Assembly (NCBI GenBank): GCA_043228905.1
Contig: JBHGNT010000002.1
Location: 12,524,001 to 12,588,000, forward strand
Origin: Azolla caroliniana
Taxonomy: Eukaryota > Plantae > Polypodiophyta
Direction: 5' to 3'
DNA length: 64,000 nt
The notes beneath the pieces are model-generated. The model was not told the DNA's origin, did not search any database, and worked only from the letters and a program-made list of their open reading frames with translations. This document shows, piece after piece, positions 59,285-64,000 of the stretch. Numbering within the stretch: position 1 is the first letter of the stretch; every line of letters begins with the position of its first letter. Made by a program: the position numbers and the translations under genes.

Positions 59285-62200
59285 TGTTGTCCGGCTAACA
59301 ATCAACTATGTTGTCGATACAGTATAAGTCGAATGTTGCTTACCGAACGTTCTATCAATGAATTGTGGTTAGACGAATGAATATTAAGTTATTGTAATAT
59401 TATTGATGTTATGCATACATCGAGATCATCACTTATGTAATATAGTTATATAAAGATGGAAATAGATTAGAAGAATAAATAATTGCACACCGAGGTTTCC
59501 TACAAGTAAACTTATATTACTAAAAGAAATGATTCTGTAGATTGTTGTGGATCCTGAGTCGATGGTTGTGGTGGTGGTGCTACAGGCGCTGGTGCGCCGA
59601 GGCTTGGAGTTTGGCTTCTTCTTTCAGCTTCATAGGCATCAAATTGGAGAGATGTGTCGATATCATGTTTATCAAATTCCTGCATGATTTGACTAACTTC
59701 TTCTCAGTGGCAAGCAACCATATCATACAATTCTTTGGCAATATCTGCATGAACAGTTGATATTGCCTCTTCCGACATTTTGAAGAAGCCTTTTACCTGT
59801 GCCTTCCTATTGTCCATGTTGGCACGTAACAATTGAAGTTCAGCTGCCTGTGCTGACCAGGTTTCCTAGCCTTTATCCATAGATTTGGTGACCATCTTTA
59901 AAGTGTTGATTTTGTGGCGCTTTAGGATAGCTCATATTTTCTCCTCGCCCATGCTCATTCCGGATTGTGCTTCTGCCAATGTCTTTTGTAATTCAGTGAT
60001 TGTGCCATTAGTTTCTCCTTCCATCAACATTAGTTTTGCTTGGGCGAGTAACAGGTTAAGTCGCCATTGTTCGGACATAGCTTCTAGGTCTGCACATCGC
60101 TGTTCTAAAATGGATCTTGCGGAAGCCCATTCTTCTTGGTCTTGAGCATTTTTCTCATTCAGTTGAGTAATCCAAGTTTCTTTTTCTACCAGCTGTTCAA
60201 CGCAATATTCTTCCTAGACTTTGATATACTCTTCAAGCTCTTCGACCTGTTCTGCACGTTGTCACGTGGTTTCCTGTTGTTACGCTAATTGTCGGCGCAG
60301 CCTTTGAATCAAATTGTCTTTAGCATCCAACCATTTGCCGACCTTCGTCTTTGCTAATTTTAGTCGATCCTTAATTTTCTTGGATCGGGTTTCAGCTTTT
60401 TCAGTTCTGGCTTCAGCCTCCCTGAGCGCTGCTTCAGCTTGCTGTAATTTCTGTTGTAGTTCCTGCTCAGATTCTAAAGGTCTACTTGCTTACTCCTGCT
60501 GCAATATTTCCTCTTTTCTTTTCTGGAGTTGTTCTTTTGTTTGTCGAAGGCGTTCCGACAACTGCTGGTTTTCGGCTTGTGTCTTTGTACATTGTGCATT
60601 TAAAATATTTGACGCTGTTGGTGCCTTCTTGTACAAATTAGCCATATCTCTGGCTACTCGGCTGGCCTTGTCATTCTTGATGTACTTCTACCAGAGCCTC
60701 ATGCAATGGTGGCATCTGGAAGGCTTCACCTTTATTCTTCGCAATCCGATGTCGGCCAATTCGATCGACCTCTTGTTGCTCCTACGGCTCGACAACTCCA
60801 CTTAATGATTTTTGGACCATTATCTGATTGCAGTTCTCTTGTGCCATTCTCTCCGACACCTCTTGTAACCTATGAGCTAACCATTCTAATAATTCATAAG
60901 ATGTTCCGAATTGCAAAATGGCTTCCAATTCATGTGTTGCTGGAGGAATATCGGAGAATCCAGTTGCTTCTTGCACCTTTGTTACTGACGACTGCCCTTT
61001 CTGAGTTCTGGTTGTGTCATTAGGATTGAGATGAGGTACTTGTGTGGCCTGGTCGTCTGTTCTTTGTTTCTTCTGCACAAGCTCCTCTTGATGAGGTTGT
61101 GGAAATCGCCGAGCCCTTTGCTTTACTCGACTCTGTCTTTGGATTGGTTGTTCAGTTACGACAGGTGTTGACTCCTGATTGGGTCGAGGTTGTTGTGAAA
61201 TTGGATGTGTTGTGGCCATTGGATCGGGTTGTTTTTCAAGTTTCGGTTGTGTTGTCGACTCTAGTACTAGTGAGGATACCAGTTGTTGTTCAGATTCCGG
61301 TTGAGTGGTGTCGACTTGCATCGATTCTCCTTCCTGCCACTCTTCTCGTTGCACTTATCTTCGGGGTCAGGGCGCTTGTTGTGGCCGTGGCGACCTTTGT
61401 TCTTCTGGTCGGTTTTTCGTACCTTGCGTCGGAAACTACCGACAACCATCGAGCACATATTGGTTTCATTGGTTTCCCTTTCTGCACCCCATGCAGCTGC
61501 TCACGTAGAGCCTTTGTTGACAGCAACCCCTAGTCGAAAACCTCGCCCTCATATGTGGGGACTATGAACCCGGCCCTTTTCTCGGGCATACAGTAAAATC
61601 AGGGACTCACAAATCCGACTTCCAACAAAAATTTCGCTACTTCATGAAAAAATTCATCTTCCCCTCCCTACGTTTGAAAAGCTTTGGTTGAGGGAGAATA
61701 TTCTCCGAAATAAGACCTGAGCATATATTTGTCCATTTTCTGAACCATATCAAAACCTTCTCTTCTCAAGTTCAACATTTGGCGTACCTTTTTGAAACGT
61801 CGATCTGTTGCAGAAGTTCTACAACACGAGGATGGGGTTCTGCTTCTGCAACTTGGATGAACCCTTGCAGATTTTTGTTGACGAGCCACTGGTGCAAGTT
61901 ATCAGAAACAGGAATCGACATATTTTCGTCTTCAGACAAGAAATTAAAGTGTTGTGGTAGAGGTGACGCAAGCTTAAGGCTATGGTGATTAAGGGCAGAA
62001 AATTATTCAACACAAATACGTTTCTGTCTCTATGGTGAGACAAAAGAGGAAGGAATAGGTTTTAAAGAAATAACTCTTTGCATGATGCCTAGGGGATAGA
62101 GACAGTTACTATTAATGTAAGTAATAATGTATATTTAGCAATAATGGCTCCACCACTCATTATTAAGAGTGCATGCAATACCTTTACTATATTTATAGTC

Positions 62201-63562
62201 TGACTCAGACTTCCCCAAGATTCCACTTTAGATAGTTAGTTGCTTTTGCCAAGATAATCTATAGTCAGTTTTTTTTTTTTTTTTCAGCTGTGTGCCGTAT
62301 AGCTTGTCATTTTGCGACGAAATCCACTATGAATGGGTTTTCCGGCATTGGCCCGTGATAAGGTTTGAATCGAAAACCATTTACCCATTTCGGTAAAATT
62401 TCGTTGTGAACGATCCAGACTGATCCTGTCCATCGAAACCAAAGCTTTCCAGGCATAGATCCCATTTTTGTTTGGAATACTAATATTGGTTTTCCGATTA
62501 TGAATTGCCTTTCTGTTTGTCGTCGGTGCCGCTCCACAAATGCTTTCGTTTGTCGCTGCTTCCGCTCCAAATCCTTCATGGCTTGTATCTGGCTTTCTTC
62601 TAACATCAACAAACCTTCTTTCCGAATTTGTTCCAACTGTAGCTCATCTAACCTTCCTGTTGCTTGAATTCAGAGTGTCGGAACTTGGAATTCTATTGGC
62701 ATTACGGCTTCCAGGTTGAAAGCCATGCGAAAAGGACTGCACTTGATAGATGTTTTATATGAAGTCCTATATGCCCATAAGCCACTATTGAGTTTTTGAT
62801 CCCAATTTTTACGATTTTCTTTAACTATCTTCTTAAGTATCGTCTGCAGTGCTTTATTTGTCGATTCCGCTAATCCATTTCCTTGCGGATAGTACGGAGT
62901 GCTTTTCTTATGCACCACTACATAATATGTAGATAACTCATGTACAATTTTATTAATGAAATGTGTACCTTGATCAGTTACCAATTCTATTGGACATCCA
63001 AACTAGCACCATATATTTTCGTATAAGAATTTGGCTGTTGAGGTTGTCGTATTGTCTTTTAGGGTTTAGCCTCTACCCATTTCGTACAGTAATCTGTGCC
63101 GACTATGATGTACCGATTGTTTGTAAGTAGTGCGGTTAGTTTAAATGGGCTGACAAAATCCAATCCCCATTTTTGGAATGGCTCCAAAGGTAAGACAAGT
63201 TGCAAAGGCATTCTGTTTTTTTCGGTAGGTTGCCCCATTCGCTGACATAAATCACATTTTTGATAGTAGTCGATTGCATCCTTCATTACTATAGGCCACC
63301 ATAAAGCACTATTCCATATTTTCCGTGCTGTAGTTTAACCTGCATAGTGTCCTCTTGCAATGCCACAATGAGTTTCTCAGAGAATTACCGATTTCTCAAA
63401 TTGTCGTACTGCCCTTCTCCAAATGTCGTCCGCTCCTTTATGATACAGAGTGTCATTTAACAGAAAAAAATTCCAACTATGAACTGTTGGCCGGTCAGAA
63501 GAGCAAGGACAAGTGGGAAGGCGGAGTCGGATCGGATAATAGGAAATAAATAATAGTAGAAT
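59285..63562 (-). mobile_element. Degenerate non-chromovirus Ty3/gypsy (Athila/Tat-related): integrase plus an additional 3' ORF; boundaries approximate
   Basis: [61 protein letters not shown] (62307-63360); a disrupted long ORF at about 62043-59540 with a coiled coil; TGTTGTC terminus at 59285. Confidence 0.75.
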
Positions 63563-64000
63563 TATTATTCGGAGGGACGGATCTGGTACAGTTGTACCGA
63601 TCCGGATCCAGACCGATTCGGATGTCGGTTGCCTAAGCGCACCGATTGTAACCTTGCCGGATGCCTATAAAAGGATTCGATGATTTGTAAAGGGTGGGAT
63701 GGAAGTAATACAATAGTAATTATTGCGTGTTTATCTGTATCTTCGTATTGTTTACCGTCTGTGCTTAATTGTAATCATCTTACGCGTGTAACCTAGCATC
63801 CAATCCTTACCACCCCTTTGGAGAAGTGTCGGATAGACACCTGTGTTGAGGCTAGTCCGGCCAGGCAGACAACACTATTTTGGCGACCACGATTCCTACA
63901 AAGTGCATAGGACAACCGGGGGATGGATGTCTAGATCAAACGACGACCACATCACCGAACGAGGGAGATGATACACCGAACGCGAGCAACGACAGGAAGC
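63563..64000 (+). mobile_element. 5' LTR (~63563-63874) and PBS of another gypsy element that runs out of the window
   Basis: TATA ctataaaagg at about 63665, end GACAACA, PBS TGGCGACCAC 63881-63890 (complementary to a plant tRNA-Arg 3' end, from memory); the 5' end appears mutated (TATTATTC). Confidence 0.6.

Noticed and set aside
60314-61533. Plus-strand hydrophobic ORFs (163 aa)
   Set aside because: Antisense shadows of the minus-strand coiled-coil and Q/P-rich ORF.

Overview
Eukaryotic land-plant genomic DNA (a non-seed plant such as a fern, lycophyte or bryophyte is inferred from the Tcn1-type chromovirus). Most of it is nested transposable elements around one host gene. That gene is a six-exon LPA1 / 2-phosphoglycerate-kinase-related gene on the minus strand (14832->11361); my gene model lacks the Walker-A segment typical of the family. 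TE content: several Ty1/copia elements (mostly degenerate, several with RT deletions); two copies of a single-ORF Ty3/gypsy chromovirus with non-canonical TG...TA LTRs (16253-23274, LTRs apparently identical; 39544-51603, older); a young Tcn1/Tf1-type chromovirus (44502-50173) nested in the second copy; three solo LTRs; a MULE; a hAT-type MITE; an unclassified TIR element with a hairpin array; a RING-finger pseudogene region; and a degenerate gypsy with an extra 3' ORF. The most notable signal is the modular LTR of the Tcn1-type family: an antisense tRNA-like Pol III A/B-box cassette, a heat-shock-element array, a TATA box and an 11-nt self-priming sequence. The box spacing and the TATA-to-primer spacing are the same in a diverged solo LTR at 28308-28778. 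All calls were made by eye, with no database searches.
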